Below, one piece after another: positions 29,301 to 37,969 of a DNA stretch of 51,968 nucleotides. The first letter of the stretch is position 1; the number at the start of each line of letters is the position of its first letter. The DNA comes from Pseudomonadota bacterium (lineage in GTDB: Bacteria; Bdellovibrionota_F; JAHFAK01; JBDREC01). The position numbers and the translations under genes are program-made. The notes under the pieces are model-generated. The model was not told the origin of the DNA and ran no database searches. It was given only the letters and a program-made list of their open reading frames with translations. The DNA lies in contig JBDREC010000065.1 of assembly GCA_043820105.1 (NCBI GenBank), positions 62,001 to 113,968 of the forward strand, read 5' to 3'.

Positions 29301-30022
29301 CTCTAGCTAACTTAATATTATTATTAAAAGCAGCTTCAAAGAATGCAAACTTGCTACTTCCGTGGTTTTCATCAAATGCACCTTCTTTGGAAATAGCTGG
29401 TTGTGATCCTGTTTTTGAGCCTGGTAAAAAACTGAGTGCTCTTGAAAGCAACACAAAAACAAGAGCTGACATTGGAAAACTTATCGAAGAAAATGGCATT
29501 AAAGCAGCCTTAATCTTAGGTGAAGATCCCCTAAGAAATGACAAGTTAGCTACTTCTTTTTATGGACTAGAACTAATGGTAACTTGTGATTGGACAAATA
29601 CAGAAACTTATAGTTTATCTCATATTCAAATTCCATTTGGCACCTATCTTGAAAATTCTGGTACCAGAATTTCTTTTGATGGCACACCTCATAAATTTAA
29701 TAAAACTACTTCTTCTCCTTCTGGCAAAGAAAACTGGGAAATATTAAATGAGCTTTCACTTGCACTTGGGGTAAAAGAATCCTACTCTTCTATTGATGAA
29801 ATTACTAGTAAGCTTGAAAAAGCCATTTTTGAAAACAATAAAGATTTTTATAATTTTTATTTTAATAAAGATAAGAATAAAAATTGGGATGGGAAAGGCA
29901 AGCTAGCACACATGGACCAAAGCCCCAAAGCTATTAGAATTTCTCAAGCCATGAGTGAAATGGACCATTATAAGTGGACTATTCAAGATGTTGGAATAGA
30001 AGATTTCAAGGTCCATAAATAA
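26318..30022 (+). CDS. Multidomain Fe-S flavoprotein: NuoG-like 2Fe-2S + GltD/NfnB-like FAD/NADPH domain + 2x[4Fe-4S] + cofactor-less molybdopterin-oxidoreductase fold
   Basis: IPTLCH, SPCKQACP, CGRVC, GAGPAG, GGGNTAMD..YRR, CVLCAKC, CISCGNC, CGFCSIGC; start reassigned to ATG 26318. Confidence 0.88.
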   Translation: MNKITLKINGKDYSANPGSTVLDVVEKYKIDTIPTLCHSKDLAPYGSCFVCVVEQKGKVNLVPSCATPIFEGMEIQTKSEKVIEARKNALELLFSNHYADCLSPCKQACPAGVDVQGYIALSAMGEYQKAADLIRETNPLPAVCGRVCVRKCEEKCRRIDVDSSVAINNIKRFITDSENAYTTLVKCEKAKGKSIGIIGAGPAGLTCAWFLGKKGYDPVIYEAMPKSGGMLRYGIPEYRLTDETLDKETDYICQAGVEIKYNIKVGKDIPFNDIKKAHDACFIATGAWAGNKMSVDGEEDTDGVVKGAPWLVKMVETKEKLNGTIVVVGGGNTAMDAARTSLRLGADKVIILYRRKIEQMPADPMEIHACKEEGIEIYELAAPVSIVKNDKNKLLALKCIRMKLGEPDASGRRRPVPQDGSEFELPCNLAISAIGQSPLIADLFKGAVDAPSLSKWDTFNIDTNTMATNLEGVFAGGDGADDGPTVVIDAIRDGQIAAKSIDEYLSNEKACSKPFGVNKEFWSKPGQNELGNIPESPRHEVHEIKVQERHHNFKEVATGFEYEDNIHECKRCLSCGCLRFSDCKLRLYAQDYGIDMNKYAGHVRKHKVDDSHPYISYDPNKCVLCAKCIRTCDNILPISALGLVGRGFKTEARPAMNDPLVKTNCISCGNCVTACPTGALTVKYPFPGRADLKVDKIDTHCGFCSIGCPITVNKISNDNYYITARQDKENYLCKFGRFGYELFIKSDRTMNPQMRVGNEIREISWEKAFENTSKMFKQVITEHGNDSVAVFVSPELTTEEMFLASQIARKGFKTNNIISLPILETKQASGVLDDSFGFTASTANIDCIKESDLIICINTNTQDENLILSKDIVQKVKSGEANLIVANSSIDSLDNLSTLSIKPFRGRTSHLIKGIMQTLIDDETINRETLKNSFENSDNFMNQVFKLDPATISDLCGIEESDIIRFSDLIKKAENITFVLSPDRQRDQSPNDLPTLANLILLLKAASKNANLLLPWFSSNAPSLEIAGCDPVFEPGKKLSALESNTKTRADIGKLIEENGIKAALILGEDPLRNDKLATSFYGLELMVTCDWTNTETYSLSHIQIPFGTYLENSGTRISFDGTPHKFNKTTSSPSGKENWEILNELSLALGVKESYSSIDEITSKLEKAIFENNKDFYNFYFNKDKNKNWDGKGKLAHMDQSPKAIRISQAMSEMDHYKWTIQDVGIEDFKVHK

Positions 30023-30103
30023 TATTTAGTTTTTCCTTAACTTTTTGCTTATCCCAGTTTAAATTTCTATTACATTTTTATTCTTTTTTTGAAAGGTCTT
30101 ATT

Positions 30104-32080
30104 ATGCTTGAAAAACTGATAGATATTTCTCAAATTATTGAATCTGTATTTGAATTAGTTCTCGTTGTTGATGAAAATGAGAAAATCATCCATGCAAGTC
30201 CTTTGCTAATTAATGAAAGCAAAATTCATGCAGATAAAATTATTAATAAAAGTTTAGATTATGTTTTAACAGATAATTCATACCTATTATTTAAATCAGC
30301 AATTAAAAACTTTTCCCCAAGGATAAGACCCAAGGTACTTTTTTCTGTAAAAGACTTTCAAAGAAAACAGGTTCCAATGCAAACATCTAAAGTAAGCTTA
30401 AAATCTGGTGAAACGTATTTTTTATTTCACGGCATGATAGCATCTGATTTAAAGGTTATCAGAGAAAGAGACCAAAAAGAGCGAATTAAAGAACTATCCT
30501 GTATATATGCAGTAGCTGAATGGATAAAGATTTCAACATCAATTGAAGAATTTTTTACCAAACTTCCAACATTTCTTTCAAGGGGGATGATGTATCCTGA
30601 GCATGCAATAGTTTATTCTACCTATAAAGACATGGTATTTGGACAAGACCCAGGAGAGCATTATATAAAATCTGAATTAATAGTAAATGATAAAACTGTA
30701 GGTGAAATTAGAGTTGGCTATATTGATAGTAGATCTGGTTTTTTGAATGAAGAGCAAAAAATGATTGATGAAATCGCTCGTTATTTAAATACAGCCCTTG
30801 AACGTAAAATTTTCTCACAAGAACTAAAAATGAAAGAAGATGAGCTTAATGAATTTGAAGCTAAGATGCTTTCTATTCAAAAGAAAATACACAAAAAATC
30901 CTCTGCCCTTGAAGATGAAAAAAAGAAATTAAAAACAATCAACTCATATTTTGATAAAATTATTGGAGAATGGGAAGATACGACAGCTCATTTAGACACA
31001 ATCTTCAAAGCTATTCCAGACAGCGTGGCAATTATTGATAGTGACAGAAATATTATCATGACCAACAGAAAAGATGCAAAGCCTGGAGACAAATGCTATA
31101 AAACATTTTTTGGTCCTGGAACAATTTGTCCCAACTGTAGATTATCTCAAGTCTTGAATACAAAAACTCCAATAAGGTTAAATATTGAAATTGATGATAA
31201 GTTCTATGAAGTGCAGTCACTGCCTATTTTAAATGACAAAAATGAAGTTCAGGGAATTCTCGAATTTTATAGAGATATTACTAATGAAAAAAACATGGAA
31301 AAACAGCTAAGACAAGCAGATAAGCTTACTTCTTTAGGTCAATTAATCAGCGGCATTGGTCATGAAATAAATAACCCCAATCAATTTATAAGAGGTAATG
31401 TTAAAATTTTAAAACAATCTCTTTTAGATTTACTTCCAATAGTTGATAGTCATTATAAAAGCAATCCTGATTTAAAGATCGCTCGCTTAAAATATGACTT
31501 TTTCAGAGAAAACATTTTAACTCTTGTGGATGATATGCAAACGGGTTCTGAAAGAATAAAATCCATTGTTGAAGGATTAAAGCGCTTTGCAAGAAAAGAT
31601 GAAGGTGAATTAATTGATCAGGTGGATGTAAATAATATTATTCATGAAAGCTCACGCTTAACACATAATCAAGTCCATAAATACGCTGATATTACATTAT
31701 GCCTTGACCCATCATTGCCAACATTTACAGGCAATTCGCAGAAAATTGAGCAAGTATTAATTAACTTAATAATCAATGCTTCCCATGCCATGGTTGAAGG
31801 CAGACGCGGAAAAATAGAATTAGTATCTAGATATGAAGCTGACAATTTAATCATTGAAGTTAAAGATAATGGCAAGGGCATGACACCCAAAACAATGGAA
31901 ATGATTTTTGATCCATTCTTTACAACAAAAAGAGCCACTGGTGGAACAGGACTTGGTTTGTCAATTGCATATAAAATCATTGAAGAACATAAAGGTAAAA
32001 TTGAAGTCTCAAGCAAAATAGATATTGGCACTACTTTTAAAATAACAATTAAGCTTCCAAAAAAGGAGATAACTCAATGA
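30104..32080 (+). CDS. Cytoplasmic PAS-domain sensor histidine kinase (NtrB-like)
   Basis: H-box GIGHEINNP, N-box NLIINA, DNGKGM, FDPFFTTK, GTGLGL; no TM; start 30104 or 30089. Confidence 0.93.
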   Translation: MLEKLIDISQIIESVFELVLVVDENEKIIHASPLLINESKIHADKIINKSLDYVLTDNSYLLFKSAIKNFSPRIRPKVLFSVKDFQRKQVPMQTSKVSLKSGETYFLFHGMIASDLKVIRERDQKERIKELSCIYAVAEWIKISTSIEEFFTKLPTFLSRGMMYPEHAIVYSTYKDMVFGQDPGEHYIKSELIVNDKTVGEIRVGYIDSRSGFLNEEQKMIDEIARYLNTALERKIFSQELKMKEDELNEFEAKMLSIQKKIHKKSSALEDEKKKLKTINSYFDKIIGEWEDTTAHLDTIFKAIPDSVAIIDSDRNIIMTNRKDAKPGDKCYKTFFGPGTICPNCRLSQVLNTKTPIRLNIEIDDKFYEVQSLPILNDKNEVQGILEFYRDITNEKNMEKQLRQADKLTSLGQLISGIGHEINNPNQFIRGNVKILKQSLLDLLPIVDSHYKSNPDLKIARLKYDFFRENILTLVDDMQTGSERIKSIVEGLKRFARKDEGELIDQVDVNNIIHESSRLTHNQVHKYADITLCLDPSLPTFTGNSQKIEQVLINLIINASHAMVEGRRGKIELVSRYEADNLIIEVKDNGKGMTPKTMEMIFDPFFTTKRATGGTGLGLSIAYKIIEEHKGKIEVSSKIDIGTTFKITIKLPKKEITQ

Positions 32081-33297
32081 CTAGTGAAAACAATATAAAG
32101 CAAATCCTAGTCGTAGATGATGATGTAGCAGTTACAAATTATCTCATGGTTTTTCTTATGCAGACAGAAATTTATGAACCTACAATAATCAATGACCCTT
32201 TGATAGTTGAAGAAACTCTTAAAAACCATTCATTTTCTGCCATCTTGCTTGATATGGATATGCCTGGAATAAGTGGAACTGATGTTTTAAAACTTTTAAA
32301 ACAAAAAAACATTAAAACACCTGTTATAATCTTATCTGGTGTAAATGATGTTGAACTAGCTGTTGGGGCCTTAAAGCTTGGAGCCTTTGATTATTTAACA
32401 AAACCTGTAGAGGATGAGTATTTATTAGAAGTACTTGAATCAGCAATTGCTCATAAGCAAACCACAAGATCAATTTCTCACCTTCCAAGTAAACCCAAAA
32501 AAGAAGACCTTGTTCACAAGGAGATCTTTGAAAAATTCCCTTCTAAGGATCCTCAAATGATAAGAGTTTTTCATGAAATTGAAAAAATGGCTCTTGGTGA
32601 TTTGTCTATTTTTATTTGGGGAGAAAATGGTTCAGGAAAAGAAGCTATAGCAAAAACCATCCACAAGGTTAGTCCAAGAAAAGCCAAACCCTTTATCGCT
32701 ATTGATGCTTCAGCTATTGAGCAGGCTGAATTCGCAGAGAAATTTTTTGGAAAAACTGCTGACTGGGAAGGAAAACATGACTATATTCCAGGTTTTTTAG
32801 AAAAAGCCTCTGAAGGAACTTTGTTTATTGATAGAGTAAATCACCTCTCAAAGCCTATTCAAAGGCGAATTTTAAGAGTACTTCAAAAAAATGAATATTA
32901 TAGAGAAGGCTCTACGGAAATCATCGTAATTAACATTCGTTTAATAGTAGCTTCACAAGTTGATTTAAGACAAGAAGAACACAAAGATAAATTTTCTCAA
33001 GATTTATTATACCATCTTTTAATAAATTCAATTCACTTACCCTCATTGAGAGATCGAAAAGTCGATATTCCTGTTTTAGCCGAGCACTTCTTAATGATTT
33101 ACAATGAAAGGTTTAAAAAAGAAGTAAAAGGTTTTGATGAAGAATTTATTAATTTATTAAAAAGCTATGACTTCCCAAATAATGTTAAGGAACTGAAGGT
33201 TATTATAGCTTCAGCTGTTTCAAGTACAAATGACAAAATCATCACTCTTGAGTCAATTTCTGAACAAGTGAAAAACATGATTTTAAATGAAAGTTGA
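32077..33297 (+). CDS. NtrC-like response regulator with degenerate sigma54-activator domain, no HTH
   Basis: REC domain, Walker A GENGSGKE; lacks GAFTGA; Walker B reads LFIDRV; ends right after the AAA+ domain. Confidence 0.88.
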   Translation: MTSENNIKQILVVDDDVAVTNYLMVFLMQTEIYEPTIINDPLIVEETLKNHSFSAILLDMDMPGISGTDVLKLLKQKNIKTPVIILSGVNDVELAVGALKLGAFDYLTKPVEDEYLLEVLESAIAHKQTTRSISHLPSKPKKEDLVHKEIFEKFPSKDPQMIRVFHEIEKMALGDLSIFIWGENGSGKEAIAKTIHKVSPRKAKPFIAIDASAIEQAEFAEKFFGKTADWEGKHDYIPGFLEKASEGTLFIDRVNHLSKPIQRRILRVLQKNEYYREGSTEIIVINIRLIVASQVDLRQEEHKDKFSQDLLYHLLINSIHLPSLRDRKVDIPVLAEHFLMIYNERFKKEVKGFDEEFINLLKSYDFPNNVKELKVIIASAVSSTNDKIITLESISEQVKNMILNES

Positions 33298-33333
33298 AAA
33301 CAAATACGCCATTGCTTTGGGATGTTTGAATTT

Positions 33334-33627
33334 TTATTCGCCGGAATTACCCGTATTGCAGCCATTGCTTGCAAAATTTCCAGTAAACCAGCATCCAAAT
33401 CCATAATAGGCATAGGATTCACCAGAGCTACATGAACCATTAGTAACACCGGAACCATTTCGACAGCGATATTAGGCTGTATTACTTGATCCACCTGAAC
33501 AAACATCGCCTCCACTACCACCATTATCACACTCAAATGAACCACTCTGTAGTGAAGCTGATGATCCTGCATTACACTGACCACTTGAATTATCTAAACC
33601 ATACAGTGAAGGTTTTAAATATCTCAT
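33334..33627 (-). pseudogene. CxxG-repeat Gly/Ser-rich peptide (RiPP precursor-like) with in-frame TAA at 33472-33474
   Basis: Manual translation: MRYLKPSLYGLDNSSGQCNAGSSASLQSGSFECDNGGSGGDVCSGGSSNTA*YRCRNGSGVTNGSCSSGESYAYYGFGCWFTGNFASNGCNTGNSGE*; AGAGGAG RBS. Confidence 0.75.
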
Positions 33628-33766
33628 TAATTTCTCCTCTATTTTATTCATGTTAAAGAATAATATTTATCAGATTTTTTTCAAGAAATAAAAAACTAAA
33701 TTAAAAAACAGTAAAAAGGACATATTCGCTCCTTTATTCTAAATAAATTCTAATTTTAAATTTTAA

Positions 33767-35188
33767 TTACTTTCTCAATATCCCCTCTGCAGCAAGAATA
33801 CCAGTTGTTGCAGCATTTATAATACCACCAGACAGACCACAACCATCACCAGCTAAGAAGAGATTGTTTAGATTATAAGATTCAAAATTCTTTTTGATCT
33901 TTCCACGGATATGTTTGAATTTAATCTCAGGTCCATATATCAGTGTATTATTACTATTAATACCCTTAACAACACCAGATAACTTTTCAATAGCGTCAAT
34001 GAGATCTTTCATTATTCTATATGAAAACCCAAGAGAAAGGTCTCCTAATGTAACATCAGTAAGGCTTGGCCTAACATTAATTTTTTTCAATGAACTTTCT
34101 TTTGAGCGTCTAAACTTTTTCAGATCGCCGTAGGTCTGTAAGATGGGCTTTCCGGCTCCAAGATTATAAAAGATATAGGCAAGAGATTGAGTATATTTAA
34201 ACATATCCTTTTGTGGATCCGTTAATTTATGTTGCATGAGCATTGCAAAATTTAAATTTTCAGATTTCTTATATTTGTTTGCATGTCCATTAACTCCGAT
34301 AAAGCTTTCCTTGCCAAGAGTTTCTAAATACCTTTCTTTAACTACAAAACCCCTTGGATTAGTACAGTAAGTCCTAACAAAATCTTCATAAGCATCTGTA
34401 TAAATCCAAAACTTGGGATCATAATCGATTTTAAAAATATCTTCCATAAGTTCATTTGGTGCTTCAATTCTCACTCCAATATCAAGAGGTACAAAGGAAT
34501 AAGCCAGATTATATTTTTTCGCCATTTCTAAAAACCAAAAAGCTCCAGACCTGCCGGGTGCCATTAATACATTTTCAGCGTTAATTAAGGTCTTTTTAAT
34601 ATAAAGACCTTTACAAGTTTCATCTTCTATTAAAAGATCATCAACAGCTTCATTCAACAAAATTTCTACATTATATGAAAGCAAAATTTCTTTAAAATTT
34701 TGCATAACTTCTCTTAAAAGATCAGAGCCAATGTGTTTTTTGGGAGTAGGAATATAATCTATACCTGCTTGAGCGGCTTGTTCTTTAAGAAAATGCACAT
34801 TTTCTTGTACATAGCTCATTTCCACTGGTGCCCCACAACTCACTAAGAGTTTATCAATATCCTCAATAATATTCATTATCCGACTTTCAGAAAAAGTAAT
34901 ACCATCAAGATCTTTTGTTAAATCAATTCCGGATTTATTGGTAAGAGCACATTTTCCATCAGACATTCCACCAGCTCCGCCAAAACCATACATAATATGA
35001 CAAAGCCTGCATTCGATACATACCCCACCTCTTTCAACAACAGGGCATTTTCTTTTGTCAATATCAGAACCCTTATCAACTAATAAAACAGATCTACCTT
35101 CTTTACCCAACAAATGTGCAGCAAATAGGCCCGCAGGACCAGCCCCAACAATTATTACATCATATTTTCTATGCTTAGCTTTTGTCAT
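33767..35188 (-). CDS. FAD-dependent oxidoreductase with N-terminal Cys cluster (COG2509-like)
   Basis: IIVGAGPAG, C..C..C..C, GFGGAG..SDGK, GVRIE, C.NP.G.V, VNGH, AGDG.G..GGI; start reassigned to ATG 35188. Confidence 0.88.
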   Translation of the reverse strand: MTKAKHRKYDVIIVGAGPAGLFAAHLLGKEGRSVLLVDKGSDIDKRKCPVVERGGVCIECRLCHIMYGFGGAGGMSDGKCALTNKSGIDLTKDLDGITFSESRIMNIIEDIDKLLVSCGAPVEMSYVQENVHFLKEQAAQAGIDYIPTPKKHIGSDLLREVMQNFKEILLSYNVEILLNEAVDDLLIEDETCKGLYIKKTLINAENVLMAPGRSGAFWFLEMAKKYNLAYSFVPLDIGVRIEAPNELMEDIFKIDYDPKFWIYTDAYEDFVRTYCTNPRGFVVKERYLETLGKESFIGVNGHANKYKKSENLNFAMLMQHKLTDPQKDMFKYTQSLAYIFYNLGAGKPILQTYGDLKKFRRSKESSLKKINVRPSLTDVTLGDLSLGFSYRIMKDLIDAIEKLSGVVKGINSNNTLIYGPEIKFKHIRGKIKKNFESYNLNNLFLAGDGCGLSGGIINAATTGILAAEGILRK

Positions 35189-35214
35189 AGTCTTGTATTC
35201 CTTTTTTCTTAAAG

Positions 35215-35239
35215 GATCCTGAAACAAGTTCAGGATGAC
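35215..35239. repeat. REP-like palindrome
   Basis: GATCCTGAA-ACAAG-TTCAGGATGAC, 8-bp perfect stem. Confidence 0.6.
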
Positions 35240-35253
35240 ATTTATCAGATAAG

Positions 35254-35327
35254 CTTACCACTTACCACTTACCACTTACCACTTACCCCTTACCACTTAC
35301 CACTTACCACTTACCCCTTACCACTTA
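35254..35327. repeat. (CTTACCM)10 heptamer array abutting the hutH-like stop codon
   Basis: Ten units 35254-35323 (eight CTTACCA, two CTTACCC), then CTTA containing the stop. Confidence 0.92.
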
Positions 35328-36869
35328 TTCAAGGTCTTCATAATAAGTAGCCAAAGCTCCAATTCCTGCTTCAACAGCACTTAAAACAAGCTTTTCTTCC
35401 ACTGCTTTCATCATTGCATTATGATCTGGAAAAAGAGGTCTGTCTACATCAAGGTGTTTAACAATTTTTCTAACTTCATTGTGAGCAAGCTTTGTTCCTT
35501 TACCTGGCTCATATTCTCTAAAATCAAGCCCTTGAGCAGCGGCAATATATTCAATGCCCAATATACCATTTGCATTTTCTAATATTTGTTTTGTTTTTAA
35601 AGCTGAATTCATTCCCATGCTAACAAAATCTTCTTGATCAGCAGCTGCTGGAATGGAGTGAATACAAGCTGGCGTTGATAAAATTCTTTGTTCAACAATC
35701 ATCATACCAGCTGTATATTGTGAAAGCATATGACCAGAAAACATACCAGCACCCTTTGTCAAAAAAGGAGGCAGTTGAACAGACAAAGCTGGATTTAATA
35801 AACGATTCAATCTTCTTTCTGATAGAACGCATATCATGCATATTGAAGCACCCACCATATCTAGAGGCAGGGAAACAGGAGTTCCCTGAAAATTTGCTCC
35901 AGTTAAAACAGTATCTTCATCTGGCAAGAAAATTGGATTATCACCAACGCCATTTAGTTCAATTTCAACTTGAGTTTTAGCATATCTTAAATGATCACGT
36001 GCAGCTCCAATTACTTGGGGGGTGGATCTCATAGAATATGCATCTTGCACTTTTACCTTTACTTTATTGTCTAAAAGGTCGCTGCCTTCAATTACCTTTT
36101 TAATATTAAAAGCTGAAGTAATAGCTCCGCCAAAACCTCTTAATTGATGGAGTCTAACATCATATGGTTTCATATTTGCCATCAATGCCTCTAAAGTCAT
36201 TGCAGCTGCGATTTCAGCTTCTTTAATCCATTTTTCAGTATCATGAACAATTAGACATGCTATTCCATTAATTAAGTTACTTCCATTAATCATTGCTAAA
36301 CCATCTCGCGCCTGTAGTACAACAGGCTCAATATCAGCTTCTGCAAAGGCTTGCTTTGTTTCCATCAATTTTCCATTATAAAAACACTCTCCCTCACCCA
36401 TAACAGCTAAAGCGATTTGACTCATAGGTGCAAGATCGCCACAAGCTCCAACAGAACCTTTAGTACAAACAGAAGGAGTAACTTGCTTGTTTAATAGTTC
36501 ACCAATTTTTAAAGTAATTTCTGGTCGACATCCAGAATGCCCATTTGCGTGAACATTCATTCTAGCTGTCATTGCAGCTCTTACATGCTCAATTGGAGCT
36601 GGTTCACCAATGCCAGCTGAATGATTATATATTAAATATTTTTGAAATTCTTTAACTTGCTCATCAGTTAAAACAACTTCTGAAAACTCACCAATTCCAG
36701 TATTCACTCCATACATAATTTCTTTTGCTTCAATTTTCCTTTCAAGCATTCCACGACACTTTTTTATTCTTTCAATTGCGTCATCTGACAATTCAACTTT
36801 CTCATTATATCTTGCAACCATAACTACATCTTCCACGCTTAAATTTTTTCCAGTGATTTTAATTGTCAT
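35325..36869 (-). CDS. hutH: Aromatic amino acid ammonia-lyase, probably histidine ammonia-lyase
   Basis: YGVNTGIG, GSVGACGDLAP, GLAMING, QDAYSMR, DNP, GANF, QEDFVSMG; ATG 36869 has a GGAG RBS. Confidence 0.8.
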   Translation of the reverse strand: MTIKITGKNLSVEDVVMVARYNEKVELSDDAIERIKKCRGMLERKIEAKEIMYGVNTGIGEFSEVVLTDEQVKEFQKYLIYNHSAGIGEPAPIEHVRAAMTARMNVHANGHSGCRPEITLKIGELLNKQVTPSVCTKGSVGACGDLAPMSQIALAVMGEGECFYNGKLMETKQAFAEADIEPVVLQARDGLAMINGSNLINGIACLIVHDTEKWIKEAEIAAAMTLEALMANMKPYDVRLHQLRGFGGAITSAFNIKKVIEGSDLLDNKVKVKVQDAYSMRSTPQVIGAARDHLRYAKTQVEIELNGVGDNPIFLPDEDTVLTGANFQGTPVSLPLDMVGASICMICVLSERRLNRLLNPALSVQLPPFLTKGAGMFSGHMLSQYTAGMMIVEQRILSTPACIHSIPAAADQEDFVSMGMNSALKTKQILENANGILGIEYIAAAQGLDFREYEPGKGTKLAHNEVRKIVKHLDVDRPLFPDHNAMMKAVEEKLVLSAVEAGIGALATYYEDLE

Positions 36870-37225
36870 TTTTTTCTCCAAAATTAATTAAAATAAAAGC
36901 ATATAAAAAAAAACAAGCCATCCCAATAGTGCAAAGATAGCCTTGTACTCTTGTTCCCCTGTTCTCTTGTTCTTTATTATAAACCCATTAGTCAGTTGTC
37001 AATCTTTGGATTTATTTTCTACAAAAAATATCCTTAATAAGAAAAATTAATTAAATCCAAATTATGAAAAAAATTTAACTAATCATAATTATAGCTAACT
37101 TCAATCAACAAACCCCTTGCATATCAAATGCTTATAATTATAAAATTGACTTTGGGGGAAATTTAAGTATTATTACTAGTTTGGTTCGGTAATTTTACCT
37201 GAATTAATTAGGCAAGGGAGGTTAT

Positions 37226-37807
37226 ATGCCATACAACACATTAGTTACATCCGTGCGCAACAACATTGAAGCACTGGCCAATGGCTGGCAGGAAGAAGCA
37301 CAAAGCTCACCGTATATGAACACCTACCATTCTCTGGAAACTGATGATCTTCACAAGCGGGGCAAGGTTTTATTTACAAACTTGCTCAAGTGGCTAGAAT
37401 CTGGCGCGTCCAACAAAGAAGTTGAAGGATATTTTGAAAACGTTGGAAAAACAAGACTTGATGAGGGTTTTCCACTTAGTGAAGTCAATCACGCTGTTTA
37501 TCTGACAAAAAAAGTTTTTCTAAGTTACATTTCCAATCATTATGAGTTAATTGGAAATATGGACTCAAAAGAAGCATTTGAATTCTGCACCCTTTTAAAC
37601 AGCTATTTCGACCTTGGAGACTTTCACATCATAAGAGGATATCTAAAAGAACTCTTTGAACATCTCGACGGTACAAAGAAATTTACAAAAGAAGAGCTAG
37701 AAAATTATTTCAAACGTGGAGCCCTTCACAAAGAAGCAGAAAAAGAAGTTGATGAATACAATATGTACTATGACATGATTCACATGGGATTTTTCCCAAA
37801 GATGTAG
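37226..37807 (+). CDS. All-helical protein resembling globin-like HisK_N/RsbRD N-terminal domains
   Basis: LA..W, G..R...GFPLSEV..A pattern; GGGAGG RBS. Confidence 0.6.
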   Translation: MPYNTLVTSVRNNIEALANGWQEEAQSSPYMNTYHSLETDDLHKRGKVLFTNLLKWLESGASNKEVEGYFENVGKTRLDEGFPLSEVNHAVYLTKKVFLSYISNHYELIGNMDSKEAFEFCTLLNSYFDLGDFHIIRGYLKELFEHLDGTKKFTKEELENYFKRGALHKEAEKEVDEYNMYYDMIHMGFFPKM

Positions 37808-37969
37808 AAAGTTTTTATTTCTTACACTCATACATTTTGAAGATATTCAAAACTACACTTGTATTATAATTAAAATCAAGAAATGCTAAATATCTACAAG
37901 TTCACTTGACTTTTATACAATGTGCCATTATTTCAAATAAAATCATTAAAAAAGTGTATATAAATTAAT

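Noticed and set aside
26318-30022. Formate dehydrogenase, [FeFe]-hydrogenase or complex I NuoG
   Set aside because: No Mo-ligand Cys/Sec, no H-cluster motifs, no membrane nuo genes; contains a GltD-like insert
33472-33474. Stop-codon recoding or alternative genetic code
   Set aside because: TAA terminates many ordinary genes in the window, as do TGA and TAG; TAA is not a Sec/Pyl codon
33165-33584. 139-aa ORF in the ORF track
   Set aside because: Alternative frame over the CxxG peptide, which has the RBS and the periodic pattern; it also overlaps the response regulator
35254-35327. Heptamer arrays as a CRISPR array
   Set aside because: Contiguous 7-nt units with no unique spacers, and no cas genes in the window
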